Positions 26,411 to 36,335 of a stretch of 53,686 nucleotides of DNA are shown one piece after another (the stretch's first letter is position 1; every line of letters begins with the position of its first letter). Made by a program: the position numbers and the translations under genes. The notes under the pieces are model-generated. The model was given only the letters and a program-made list of their open reading frames with translations, ran no database searches and was not told where the DNA came from. The stretch is from a virus (taxonomy: Duplodnaviria > Caudoviricetes), in the IMG/VR virus record IMGVR_UViG_3300049825_000213, positions 1 through 53,686 of that record; one strand, 5' to 3'.

Positions 26411-29070
26411 TGGCAAAGCTTCCGGACTCCACAGCATTAGGTGGCATTCCGAACCTCAATTCCGGCCGCCCCATTGCCAATATTGACCAGAGCGGGATCG
26501 GCAAGGGCGTTGCCGCGCTTGGCCAAGGCCTTGGCAATCTGGGCGAGGGGGTGGCTACTTACGCGCGTGCGCAGGACGACTTTGAGCTTGCCAAGCGTAT
26601 GTCGGCATTCGAGACCCAGCGTGTTGGCTTGGATTCCGGGTTCGACCAGGACCAGGATTTTGCGACCAGGGAAAAGCGATACGCTGATGGGCTGACCAAG
26701 CTTCGCGCCCAGGTGATTGAGGGCGCCTCGCCGCGGGTAGCCGAGCATTTTAACGTTCGCGTCGATCCGATCGCAGCCAAGGCGGTTGAGCGGCAGAAGG
26801 ACATCGGGTTCAAGCTCAAGACCGACAACGACATTGCGTCACTACATACGGACGGCAATGCGGCTGCCGGGGCTATTGTGGGGTCTACGGACCGTGATGC
26901 CCGCATCCGGATGATCGAAATCCAGAAGGAAAAGGTTAGCGCGCTGGTACGGCAAGGCTCGATGAGCCAGACCCAGGCCGTGTCCTATATGGAGCAATGG
27001 GGCCGCAAGGTTGGTCTCGCTGATGGCATGGCGCGTGCTGACAATGGCGATGCCGAGGGCGTGATCAACGATGCTCGTGCCGAGCCAGGCTCAATGTCGG
27101 ATATTGCCAACCGCGTGATTCATATCGAATCAGGCGGCGACCCGCGCTCACGATCCAAGACCTCATCGGCATTCGGCGCGGCACAATTTCTCGCCACGTC
27201 CAAGAGTGACCAGACATGGCTGCAACTCGTCAAGGAGTTTCGGCCCGATCTTGCGCAAGGCAAGAGCATTCCCGAGATCGACGACATGCGCGCCGATCCG
27301 AACCTGTCGAAAGAGATGCTCGGCAAGTTGTTGGAAAAGAACAAGGGCATTCTTTCGCGCCAGGGTGTAGAGCCGACGCCGGCTGCGCTCTATCTCTCGC
27401 ATTTCCTCGGACCAAAGAGCGCCATCGCGGTGCTCAAGGCCAATCCGAACCGTGCGGTATCTGATGTTCTTGGTGAGGCTGTAGGCCCGGACTTTGCCCG
27501 CCAAATGGTCGAGGCTAACATGAGTGTGCTCGCCGGCAAGCAGGCGGGTTCTGTTGCACAATGGGCGGCCACCAAGATGGGCGGCGCGGATCGCGGATCG
27601 ATCTATCGCATTCTCGGCCCGGAAGAAAAGCGCCAGCTCATTCACTACGCGGAAGGCGTGCTGCACAAGCAGACGGCCAATGACTTCACCGACTTCAAGC
27701 AGCGCATCACTGATACCGAGACAGAGGCCGGCGTTACCGGCAATGTGCTCAAGCCAATCGGGCAATGGGAATTCATTTCCAGGCTCGGGTTCGAGCAAGG
27801 AAAGCAGGCATTCGAGCGCCACGCCGCCAACGTCCAGCTTGGCCAGGATGCGGCGACCATCGCCAATATGGACCAAGAGCAGCTTGTTTCTCTGGTCACG
27901 AAATACACGCCAAAACCAGGCGAGCCCGGCTTTGCCGATCAGGAGAAGCGCCAGGAAACGTTGATCAAGGCGGCGCAAAAGATCGCAGCTGAGAAAAAGC
28001 ACGACATCGCCCGCTTTGCCGAAACCCGCCTTCCGGCCGTCCAGGAAGCGCGCAAGGCATTCGATGAGGCCAAGAGCTTTCCGGACAAGCAGAAGGCAGC
28101 CCGTAATCTTGCCGATCTCTCGCTGATGGAACAGGCCCGCATTGGCGTGCCGCCGGCAGAGCGCCGGATCGTATCGAAGGACTACGTTGACGGGCTGATT
28201 TCAGACTTTGCCAATCAGCCGGCGGCAGGCGGGCCGTCCAATATCGTGGCCAAAATCGAACAGGCCAGGCACCTGTGGGGCGAGGAGCATTGGCCGGACG
28301 TGTATCGGAGCCTTGTAGAAAGCAAAGTGGCGCCGGTGGTCGAAGTCATCGGTTCGGATATCAAGCCGGACGCCGCGAAGATACTGGTCGATAATCAGGC
28401 AATATCGCCCAGCAAAATCCTTCGCGTGGACGAAACCGATGTGAAGCTGAAGGACGTGAACATGGCGGTGCGAAGGGCCATGGAGCCGTTTGCAAATTCA
28501 ATGCTCGGGCACAATGGCCGGTCCAGGACGCTTGAAGTGTATCAGGGTCAGATCGAGAAGCTTGCCGCGCATTATGTCGCCAATGCCGACATGACGGCCG
28601 ACAAAGCGGCTGAAACCGCATACGAGAAGGTTATTGGTTTCAAGTACGATTCGCGCGATTCCTACCGCGTGCCGAAGTCGGCCGGGGTTGACATCAATGT
28701 GATATCGGCCGGCGCCTGGCATGCCAAGAACCTCATTAAGGAAGGCAAGTTTGCGATCGAACCAGCCGTTGATGAGAGGCAAGGTCTGAGCAAGGACTAC
28801 CTTACCAAGGAATTGGAACGCGGCGTTGCGCGCGATGGAGTATGGGTCACGGCTCCGAAAGAAACCGGGCTGATGCTCATCTATAACGGCCGGCCAGTCC
28901 CCATGCGAGACGGTCAGCCGTTGGTACTGTCGTGGAAGGACTTGGCTGACATTGCCGAAACTTCACCGTTGCGCACCCGGGGGCCGAACGAACGCCGTGG
29001 TACGTCTGGCGCGATGCGCCGAACAATCCGCGGGGATGCTGGACCGTTGCCGAACGAGGCTGCGCCATGA
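26410..29070 (+). CDS. Internal virion protein with lytic transglycosylase domain
   Basis: IESGGDP...SSAFGAAQFL...TW...LYLSHFLG lysozyme-like motifs. Confidence 0.8.
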   Translation: MAKLPDSTALGGIPNLNSGRPIANIDQSGIGKGVAALGQGLGNLGEGVATYARAQDDFELAKRMSAFETQRVGLDSGFDQDQDFATREKRYADGLTKLRAQVIEGASPRVAEHFNVRVDPIAAKAVERQKDIGFKLKTDNDIASLHTDGNAAAGAIVGSTDRDARIRMIEIQKEKVSALVRQGSMSQTQAVSYMEQWGRKVGLADGMARADNGDAEGVINDARAEPGSMSDIANRVIHIESGGDPRSRSKTSSAFGAAQFLATSKSDQTWLQLVKEFRPDLAQGKSIPEIDDMRADPNLSKEMLGKLLEKNKGILSRQGVEPTPAALYLSHFLGPKSAIAVLKANPNRAVSDVLGEAVGPDFARQMVEANMSVLAGKQAGSVAQWAATKMGGADRGSIYRILGPEEKRQLIHYAEGVLHKQTANDFTDFKQRITDTETEAGVTGNVLKPIGQWEFISRLGFEQGKQAFERHAANVQLGQDAATIANMDQEQLVSLVTKYTPKPGEPGFADQEKRQETLIKAAQKIAAEKKHDIARFAETRLPAVQEARKAFDEAKSFPDKQKAARNLADLSLMEQARIGVPPAERRIVSKDYVDGLISDFANQPAAGGPSNIVAKIEQARHLWGEEHWPDVYRSLVESKVAPVVEVIGSDIKPDAAKILVDNQAISPSKILRVDETDVKLKDVNMAVRRAMEPFANSMLGHNGRSRTLEVYQGQIEKLAAHYVANADMTADKAAETAYEKVIGFKYDSRDSYRVPKSAGVDINVISAGAWHAKNLIKEGKFAIEPAVDERQGLSKDYLTKELERGVARDGVWVTAPKETGLMLIYNGRPVPMRDGQPLVLSWKDLADIAETSPLRTRGPNERRGTSGAMRRTIRGDAGPLPNEAAP

Positions 29071-32000
29071 TCTTCACTGATGGCGCGACCGCCGAACCTA
29101 TTCCGATCTCGGAAGTAGGTTCCGGCTATGGCGGATATTTTGGTGCCAAGGTGTCAGAGGCTGCGGCTGAATGGCCGATCCAGCGCGGCGTTGATATCGT
29201 CGAATTGAACCGTGCCAGCGGTCGGAGACCTGTTGGCGGCGCGGTCGGAAGCGCGTTGAGTGCGGTCGGGTTGAATGATGAGCGACCCGTACCTGAGGGC
29301 GCGAAGATGCTCTCGCTCGCCGAAGCCCGCGACAAGCTTAAGTCCGAAGGCGTCGACCACCGCGAACTGCACATCACGAACGAGGGCGTCTCATCGGCCG
29401 CGCTCGATATTATGACGGCGCGGCTGAAGGCAAGGCGGGAACGGGAATCGACCATTGAACGTGGGCCGGATCACATCTGGACCGGGGCGCTTGGAGTTGG
29501 GACATCGTTTCTGGTTGGCGCGGTCGATCCGCTCAATCTTGCATCTGGGTTCATTCCAGTTGTCGGGCAGGCCCGTTATGCCAACATGATGGCTGGCGCC
29601 GGCATGTCAACGGTCGCACGCGCGGCTGTCCGGGCTCGGGTTGGTGCACTGGAAGGCGCTGTCGGCCAGGCCATGCTGGAGCCAATTGAGGTCTACGCCA
29701 CCTCGCAGGAGGGCGGCGACTACACGATGGCGAGCGCCCTGCATTCGATCATGTTTGGCGCAGCACTTGGGTCCAGCCTACGCGCCGGTGGTGGGGCGGT
29801 TGCGGATGTGATACGCCAACGCCGCGATCGGCCGCTGTTTCCGTTCGACATTGGCGAGCCGGGGAGCAATCATCCGGAATTCAAGGACCTGTCGACGCTC
29901 AAGCCGCAAGAATCGCTGGCGGCGCGACCCGAAAGCCCGTTCCTGCCAGGCCGCACGGCACCGTTCGAGGACGTTCTGAAAGCTGGCCGCGACCTGTGGA
30001 AGCGCGAGCAGGCAGAAGCCGCCATGAAGGCGCCGGATACCGTCAACCCCATGGATTGGATTGCGCAGGACAGGGCTACCCGTGAAGCCCGGCAGGAAAG
30101 CATTGTGCCATCCCCGCACGTCGAAGCCCTTAATGACCTCCCGCCACGTGCGAAGGAGGACTTGACCCGCATTGCCATCGCCAATTTGCACGACGGCCAG
30201 CCGGTCAAAGTTGGTGAAGTGCTGAATGCAACATCGTCCGATCCGCGTATTCGGGAATCGCTCGATCTTGTCAGCCGGCCGGAAGTCCGTTCATCGGCAA
30301 GGCGCGTTGGCGATGATGTTTCTGACCAGCTCGTGGCGGCTGGAGTTAGCGCCGACGAAGCCAAGGTCAATGCCGCCCTGATGGCTGCCCGCTATGCGAC
30401 CCGCGCGCAGAGGCTCGGTCGCGATGCGCATGAACTCTACCAGGCGGATGGGGTGGCGGTGCGGAAGGGTGAGACGCCGGCTGGCGCGGGTCGCTCATTC
30501 GATCAGTTCCGCTCCACAGCCCCAACCTTCTACTCCGCAGTCCTCCGCACCATTGAAGCCGGAAAGATTGCCAAGGGCTCTCCCGACCAGTGGTTGGCCA
30601 CCATCCGCAACACGCCCGGCGTCAAGCCGGAAGAGCTTGAATGGTTGGGCCTCGCCGAATGGCTCAAGGCTCAGAAGGGCGCCGTCACCAAGGAACAGGT
30701 GGCGGAGTATGTGCGAGCTAATCAGATAGAGGTGAAGGAGGTTAGCAAGGGGGCTGCGCCGCAGGTAGTTGTCATTGACCGGGCGCGCGAGCTCGCGCAC
30801 GAGGAAGGATTCAATTGGGATGATCTATCGCCGCATGAGCAAGGTATGTTTCGTGGCAGGGGCATGGACGAAAATGGCAGAAACGACACCAAATTCTCCA
30901 ATTACCAACTCCCCGGCGGCGAGAACTATCGGGAACTGCTGCTGACGTTGCCGCCAGCGAAACTCTCAGGCGAGGCGGCGGGCAAAAATCTATATGATAA
31001 TTTCATCCGGCGCGGCGGTGGCCAGACGTGGGAACAGCTCGCGCCTGAAACTCGGCATGAAATGGTCGGACGCGCGACCGAACAGGGCCGTGGGCAGGAT
31101 TACAATTCCAATAAAATGTTCCGTTCCTCCCACTGGGACGAACCAAACGTCCTCGCCCATGTGCGTTTCAACGACCGCACCATCGACGGCAAGCGCACGC
31201 TCTTCGTCGAGGAAATCCAGAGCGACTGGCATCAGCAGGGCAGGACGAAGGGTTATAGCAGACCTGTAGACAGGCAGGCGATGCGCGATCTTGAACTGGC
31301 GCGTGACGCTGCTCTAAAGCGATGGGAAGAACTGAGCGACAAGCGCGACGATGCCGTTGCGGAAGCCTTCCGCGCTTATCAAGTTGCCGATCGCAGTTAT
31401 GCGGACTACAGGATCGCCCGAGATCAAGGCGTTCCAGACGCCCCCTTCAAAACCACGTGGCCGGAACTCTTGCTCAAGCGCATGATCCGCTACGCGGCCG
31501 AGAACGGCTACGACCAGGTCGCTTGGACCCCCGGCCACGTGCAGGCGGAGCGCTACGATCTGAGAAAGCAGGTGAATGCGCTCCACATTACGCGCGATGT
31601 TGGGAATGGTAATTTTCATATCGAGGCTACGACGACCAACGGCAAACAAGCCGATATCGCGAATAATGTCGCGCCCGAGGGGCTTGGGGAATACATCGGC
31701 AAAGACCTCTCCAAGAAAATTGCGGAGGATTTTGGCGATAAGAAGGGCGGCAAGAAAACCTATTCCGGCCTCGACCTCAAGGTAGGTGGTGAAGGCATGA
31801 GCGGCTTCTACGACAAGATACTCCCTGCCGCCGTGAACAAGTTGGTGAAGAAGTACGGAACGAGGGTGGGGAGTGAACACGTCGGTGTGCCACATAAGGA
31901 TGGTAAGCAGGGTATGGATATTGACGTCCACACCCTCGCCATAACCCCGGAACTTCGCGCCGCAGCCATATCCCAGGGCTTCCCATTGTTCCAACGCGCT

Positions 32001-32999
32001 GGCGAAGGCGATCCTCGCGGTCGGATCACCCTATCCGAAAACCAAGCCATCATCACCCTGTTCCATTCCGCCGATAAATCCACCTTTTTGCATGAGTCCG
32101 GGCATCTGTTCCTCGACCAGCTTGCGCGTGATGCACAGCTGGAAAACGTGCCACAGGCGCTAAAGGACGACTTGGGCACGGTGCTGCGCTGGTTGGGTGT
32201 CGACCGGGTTGAAGACATCGGCGTGCCGCAGCATGAACAATGGGCGCGTGGATTCGAGCAATACCTGATGAGCGGCAAAGCGCCATCAAGCGCATTGGTG
32301 AAGGCATTCCAGGCCTTCAAAGAATGGCTTGGTGCGATCTATCGTTCATTGAGGGACCTGGGCGAGCCATTGCCCGATGAGATTCGCGGCGTCATGGACC
32401 GCATGCTTGCGACCGATGCGGAGATTGCCGATCGCGCACCGAAGACCAAGGAAGAGGCATGGGCCGCGCTGTCAAAGCGTGAGCCAGAGCCTACACCACC
32501 GACGCGTGGTAAGCCAGAGCATCCGGCATCGCTTCAGCCGCAGGAAATCCCGGAAGGGCTGGCGAGAGAGGTTCAGAAGGCCGATAAGGGCGAAGCGTTT
32601 CCAAGCGAGCCCGTAGAGCGCCCGCTGGTGCCTGTTTCGGCATCGGCCAAGGCTGCGGCCAAGGCTGAGGCCATAGCCAAGCAGGAATATGATGCATTGG
32701 TTGCTGCGGGCGAGATCGCTCCGGAGGCCAATGTGGCGCTCGAAGCAGCACTGGCTGCGATCGACACTGAGGCATCATTGCGCGCACGCGTCATGCGTGA
32801 GGGCGCCGGCTGCCTGGCGGGCGGGTTTGGGTTTGCTGCGGTGGCTCCGCAGGCCAAGGCGGCAACAGCCGGCGTCAAGATAGCGCTGCCCCGCGACGGG
32901 ACTGGGCGCATAGCCGGGGCCCAACTCGCGGGTGGCACCAAGATGACATTCGAGCGCGATGCAGCAACCGGAATGATTTCCGGCGTCAACATAGGGTAG
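29067..32999 (+). CDS. Large multidomain ejection/polyvalent protein
   Basis: 1310 aa; DPLN membrane-like region, EEIQSDWHQ domain, STFLHESGH zincin-like motif. Confidence 0.8.
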   Translation: MIFTDGATAEPIPISEVGSGYGGYFGAKVSEAAAEWPIQRGVDIVELNRASGRRPVGGAVGSALSAVGLNDERPVPEGAKMLSLAEARDKLKSEGVDHRELHITNEGVSSAALDIMTARLKARRERESTIERGPDHIWTGALGVGTSFLVGAVDPLNLASGFIPVVGQARYANMMAGAGMSTVARAAVRARVGALEGAVGQAMLEPIEVYATSQEGGDYTMASALHSIMFGAALGSSLRAGGGAVADVIRQRRDRPLFPFDIGEPGSNHPEFKDLSTLKPQESLAARPESPFLPGRTAPFEDVLKAGRDLWKREQAEAAMKAPDTVNPMDWIAQDRATREARQESIVPSPHVEALNDLPPRAKEDLTRIAIANLHDGQPVKVGEVLNATSSDPRIRESLDLVSRPEVRSSARRVGDDVSDQLVAAGVSADEAKVNAALMAARYATRAQRLGRDAHELYQADGVAVRKGETPAGAGRSFDQFRSTAPTFYSAVLRTIEAGKIAKGSPDQWLATIRNTPGVKPEELEWLGLAEWLKAQKGAVTKEQVAEYVRANQIEVKEVSKGAAPQVVVIDRARELAHEEGFNWDDLSPHEQGMFRGRGMDENGRNDTKFSNYQLPGGENYRELLLTLPPAKLSGEAAGKNLYDNFIRRGGGQTWEQLAPETRHEMVGRATEQGRGQDYNSNKMFRSSHWDEPNVLAHVRFNDRTIDGKRTLFVEEIQSDWHQQGRTKGYSRPVDRQAMRDLELARDAALKRWEELSDKRDDAVAEAFRAYQVADRSYADYRIARDQGVPDAPFKTTWPELLLKRMIRYAAENGYDQVAWTPGHVQAERYDLRKQVNALHITRDVGNGNFHIEATTTNGKQADIANNVAPEGLGEYIGKDLSKKIAEDFGDKKGGKKTYSGLDLKVGGEGMSGFYDKILPAAVNKLVKKYGTRVGSEHVGVPHKDGKQGMDIDVHTLAITPELRAAAISQGFPLFQRAGEGDPRGRITLSENQAIITLFHSADKSTFLHESGHLFLDQLARDAQLENVPQALKDDLGTVLRWLGVDRVEDIGVPQHEQWARGFEQYLMSGKAPSSALVKAFQAFKEWLGAIYRSLRDLGEPLPDEIRGVMDRMLATDAEIADRAPKTKEEAWAALSKREPEPTPPTRGKPEHPASLQPQEIPEGLAREVQKADKGEAFPSEPVERPLVPVSASAKAAAKAEAIAKQEYDALVAAGEIAPEANVALEAALAAIDTEASLRARVMREGAGCLAGGFGFAAVAPQAKAATAGVKIALPRDGTGRIAGAQLAGGTKMTFERDAATGMISGVNIG

Positions 33000-33002
33000 C
33001 CC

Positions 33003-33350
33003 GTGGAATATTCAGAACACGTCAAGAATGCCCGCATGAAGGCTACCATGGATGCGCTTTCGGGCGGTCGCCTTGAGATAGGCACTGTCGGTATGAGCAG
33101 CGTTCTGGTGTCAATGTCCTTGGGCCGTGGACATATCAGCGGCAGTCAAGTGGTTTGGGCAGTCGAGGAGGCAATCGCAACTGGTGAAGGTACGGCGCGC
33201 GCCGCGCGTATTCGTACGGCGAATGGCATTGCCGTCACTGGCTTTACTGTCGGGGAACGAGGCAGTAAGTCGACGATTGAGCTCGGCACCACTCGTATTC
33301 TTCCGGGTACCGTCGTGATGCTTTCTGAATTCGCGATTGAGCACAACTAA
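33003..33350 (+). CDS. Cassette 1 opener (paralogue of 37470..37835)
   Basis: YSEHVKNARMKATMDALSGGRLEIGT. Confidence 0.75.
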   Translation: MEYSEHVKNARMKATMDALSGGRLEIGTVGMSSVLVSMSLGRGHISGSQVVWAVEEAIATGEGTARAARIRTANGIAVTGFTVGERGSKSTIELGTTRILPGTVVMLSEFAIEHN

Positions 33351-33364
33351 AAGGAGCGCGTGTC

Positions 33365-33793
33365 ACGGCCGCATACACAAAGTACGAAACGTTTGTCGAA
33401 AATCTCTGCAACAAGGTCCTGGACGCGTTCGGCGCAACCGAAGTCTGGAAGGCCGTCATTCACACGGATGCGCCAGTGGTGGCGACCGACAATGTGCTAG
33501 CTGATCTCACCCAGATTGCAGGCAACAACGGATATACCACGGACGGTAACGACATCACATTCAATTCGACGCGCACCGGCGGCACTGTGACTGCCACTGC
33601 GGTTGATGTGGTGTGGACAGCCTCAGGCGGTAACCTGGGGTCAAGCACCACAGGGCGCTACGTGACCTACTACGACAGCACGCCGGCAATAAAATATCTG
33701 GCAGCGTCGTGGGATTATGGATCGACATTTACGGTGGCGGCTACAGAAACATTTACTCTGGACTTCGGGGCCTCGCTTTTCACTTTAACCTGA
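33365..33793 (+). CDS. Structural beta-rich protein with probable ACG start
   Basis: AAGGAG 8 nt before ACG; open frame (M)AAYTKYETFVENLCNKVLD...DYGSTFTVAATETFTLDF. Confidence 0.7.
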   Translation, partial: TAAYTKYETFVENLCNKVLDAFGATEVWKAVIHTDAPVVATDNVLADLTQIAGNNGYTTDGNDITFNSTRTGGTVTATAVDVVWTASGGNLGSSTTGRYVTYYDSTPAIKYLAASWDYGSTFTVAATETFTLDFGASLFTLT

Positions 33794-33807
33794 TAGGTTG
33801 CTAACTA

Positions 33808-34200
33808 ATGACTCCGCATTCTCTCGGCACAATTTCCATCGAGAACAACAAGACGCCAGCGCAAAAGGCGCTCGAAGCCGGCTGGGCGGCGCGTCATGGC
33901 ATGCACTGGGCAAAGGGCACTGTGCTGCCAGAAACGCAGGTCCCTGCCTGTCCGCGCGTGAAGGTGGCTGATCTGCCGGAAGTCTTTCTGAAGAAAAGCC
34001 ATATTGAGCATCTGGAGCAAAACCAGAAAATCAACTCATGTTGTAGGCACCCGGAGAATCATGAGATTGAGGCGCGCAAGTCGCACCCAGATGAGCAGGC
34101 GCCGGATATCTATATCTTCCACTGCACATGTGGGCGTAAGCATCGGTTTTTTTGTGTTGGCATGACTGATGACAAGCGTCCAACGTGGAGCGCAGGCTAA
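33808..34200 (+). CDS. Cys/His-rich hypothetical protein
   Basis: CCRHPENH...HCTCGRKHRFFC. Confidence 0.65.
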   Translation: MTPHSLGTISIENNKTPAQKALEAGWAARHGMHWAKGTVLPETQVPACPRVKVADLPEVFLKKSHIEHLEQNQKINSCCRHPENHEIEARKSHPDEQAPDIYIFHCTCGRKHRFFCVGMTDDKRPTWSAG

Positions 34201-35090
34201 TGGCTAAGCTCTTCAACCGAGTTAGAATGACAGTATCTGGCACGCCGGGTTCTGGCACCATTACGCTTGCGGCGGCGTTCTCGAATGCCTACTGCTCGTT
34301 TTCTGAATCTGGTGTAGCCAATGCTGATGTGGTAGCATATTTTGTCGAGGACGGCAACGACTTTGAGATCGGTATCGGCACCTATACATCGGCAGGAACA
34401 TTGTTGTCGCGTGACACGGTGGTGCTGTCTAAGATTGCTGGGGTATCTGGAACCACCAAGCTGACACTGACGAGCGCGGCGGTGGTGTATCTGTCGCCAC
34501 GTAAAGAGGATTTGTTGTCGATATCTGAAACCCAATTGGCGAACAAGGTACTGGCCGGACCAACAAGCGGTGGCGCGTCGGCTCCAACATTTCGATCTCT
34601 CGTAGCGGCAGACATTCCAAGTGCTGGAGCCGTATTGCAGGTAATACAAGCCACCTATACAGCAAACGCGGACTTAACTGTTGGAATACCATTTGACGAT
34701 ACAATCCCAACGAACACCGAAGGAACTCAAATAATCTCACAAGCAATAACACCAGCTAGCAGTGCTAACAAAGTCTTATGTAGTGTATCTGTTTGGGGTC
34801 ATGTTGTTGCAGGCGTTCAAGGCGATGGTTTTGCAGTTGCTTTATTTCGTGGTTCTACCTGTATTCAGGTTGCGTTTACATCGGCTATTGACGACAATGG
34901 TACTTCACCAACACAACTATTTCAAAACGTTTCCTTTGAGTTTCAAGACAGTCCGGCTTCAGCAAGCGCTCAAACTTACTCAGTTCGAGTGGGAGGGAAC
35001 GCATCCACCATAAGATTAAACGGATCGACAGCAGGTCGTAAGTTTGGTGGAGCATCATCGAGCGTTTTACGACTGATGGAGACAACGTGA
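34200..35090 (+). CDS. Tail-fibre-like protein
   Basis: NRVRMT...GTITL...FEIGIGTY N-terminus; VLAGPTSGGASAPTFRSLV linker; VLQVIQ...TYSVRVG C-domain. Confidence 0.7.
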   Translation: MAKLFNRVRMTVSGTPGSGTITLAAAFSNAYCSFSESGVANADVVAYFVEDGNDFEIGIGTYTSAGTLLSRDTVVLSKIAGVSGTTKLTLTSAAVVYLSPRKEDLLSISETQLANKVLAGPTSGGASAPTFRSLVAADIPSAGAVLQVIQATYTANADLTVGIPFDDTIPTNTEGTQIISQAITPASSANKVLCSVSVWGHVVAGVQGDGFAVALFRGSTCIQVAFTSAIDDNGTSPTQLFQNVSFEFQDSPASASAQTYSVRVGGNASTIRLNGSTAGRKFGGASSSVLRLMETT

Positions 35091-35353
35091 TGTTGAGGAT
35101 TATATCGGCTCAATGGGGTAATGAGAATCACACCTCTGCTGTCATCGTCACGGACGAAGCTGGCGCTGTGGCGATCAGTGCGGTGGATACGCCTCGGGAA
35201 TGGGCAGAGTTTCAGGAGTGGATGAAAAGCAATGTTGTGGCTGATCTTCCTGCCGCATTACCTCCGGCCACGAAGCAACAAAAGTTTGACCGGTGGTTGG
35301 CCGGAATAGGCGCTACGCCAGCTGAGATCAAAGCGATGCTGGGGGTCCCATGA
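35087..35353 (+). CDS. Possible fibre-assembly chaperone
   Basis: 88-aa ORF immediately after the fibre gene. Confidence 0.5.
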   Translation: MMLRIISAQWGNENHTSAVIVTDEAGAVAISAVDTPREWAEFQEWMKSNVVADLPAALPPATKQQKFDRWLAGIGATPAEIKAMLGVP

Positions 35354-35622
35354 CTACGCCGGGTTATGTCCAAGTTCCAGCCGATAGTAGCGGGAAAAAG
35401 GTCGACACGTCCGAGCAGGTGCGCGGCACTGACGGCGCCACTGTTGAGCGGCAGAACGTCGTCATCTCTGATCCGACTGATGAACTCGGTAGGGCCAAGG
35501 TGTTAGGCGAGGATGGTCGTGGCGCACTTGCCGTCAGTGGTGATATTGATGGCCTGCTTCGGTCAATCGATTACAGCCTGAAGCAAATCGTTGAGTTTCT
35601 ATCAATCGAAATGAGCAACTAA
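35350..35622 (+). CDS. Hypothetical protein
   Basis: YVQVPADSSGKKVD...RQNVVISDP. Confidence 0.6.
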   Translation: MTTPGYVQVPADSSGKKVDTSEQVRGTDGATVERQNVVISDPTDELGRAKVLGEDGRGALAVSGDIDGLLRSIDYSLKQIVEFLSIEMSN

Positions 35623-35631
35623 GGAGATGAT

Positions 35632-36306
35632 ATGCTGATTAAAATCGCCGGCCGCGTGCGAGGGTTATTCGCCGGGAACTATCCGGAAAACAGAGAAGAC
35701 GAGCAACTTCACCTCAATAATCGAGGTGATCAGATCATGGCTCAGGGGTTGCCGCCGCTGACGGAAATCGTCCGTCTTGGCGAGAGTTGGCAGATCAACG
35801 CAACAACAGGTCAGGCCGCATTGACGGCGCTGCCAACGACGACCGCTGGTCTCACGCTGGTCAACGGCGAGTCCGCGATCGGAAAGTGTTATGCCATTGA
35901 TAGCTTTGGCAGCGCCGAAGAAGTCATCGACGCCACACAAACGAATGTCACGGCGTTGTTTGCGATGATTAACAAGCGCAATTCAACGGCGCCATCGGGC
36001 GGGACTGTTGAGACAGTGTATATCTCGCTCAGTGGTCGACCTACTTATGCCGGTAGCGGCACGACGCGGCGCGGCGCAACTGTCACCAACGATGGTTGGA
36101 CGCCACACGGAACGCCGGGCGCACAGATTGCGCCTGTCGCGGCTGGCGCAAACTGGAAGGTGAATGAGGCGTTGGTTGGCGGACTATATCTTGTCCCGCC
36201 TGGCGGCGCGTTCTCAATCCAAACCGTCAAGGCGGCGGCGGCGGCGGCTGCACAGCAGTTCTTCTTCATTCGCTGGCACGAAGTGCTAGTGATCTGGAAG
36301 ACCTGA
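35632..36306 (+). CDS. Hypothetical beta-rich protein
   Basis: 224 aa, AAGGAG RBS, ends LVPPGG...IRWHEV. Confidence 0.65.
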   Translation: MLIKIAGRVRGLFAGNYPENREDEQLHLNNRGDQIMAQGLPPLTEIVRLGESWQINATTGQAALTALPTTTAGLTLVNGESAIGKCYAIDSFGSAEEVIDATQTNVTALFAMINKRNSTAPSGGTVETVYISLSGRPTYAGSGTTRRGATVTNDGWTPHGTPGAQIAPVAAGANWKVNEALVGGLYLVPPGGAFSIQTVKAAAAAAAQQFFFIRWHEVLVIWKT

Positions 36307-36335
36307 TCATAACTACACCGTAGCAGGGGACCGCG

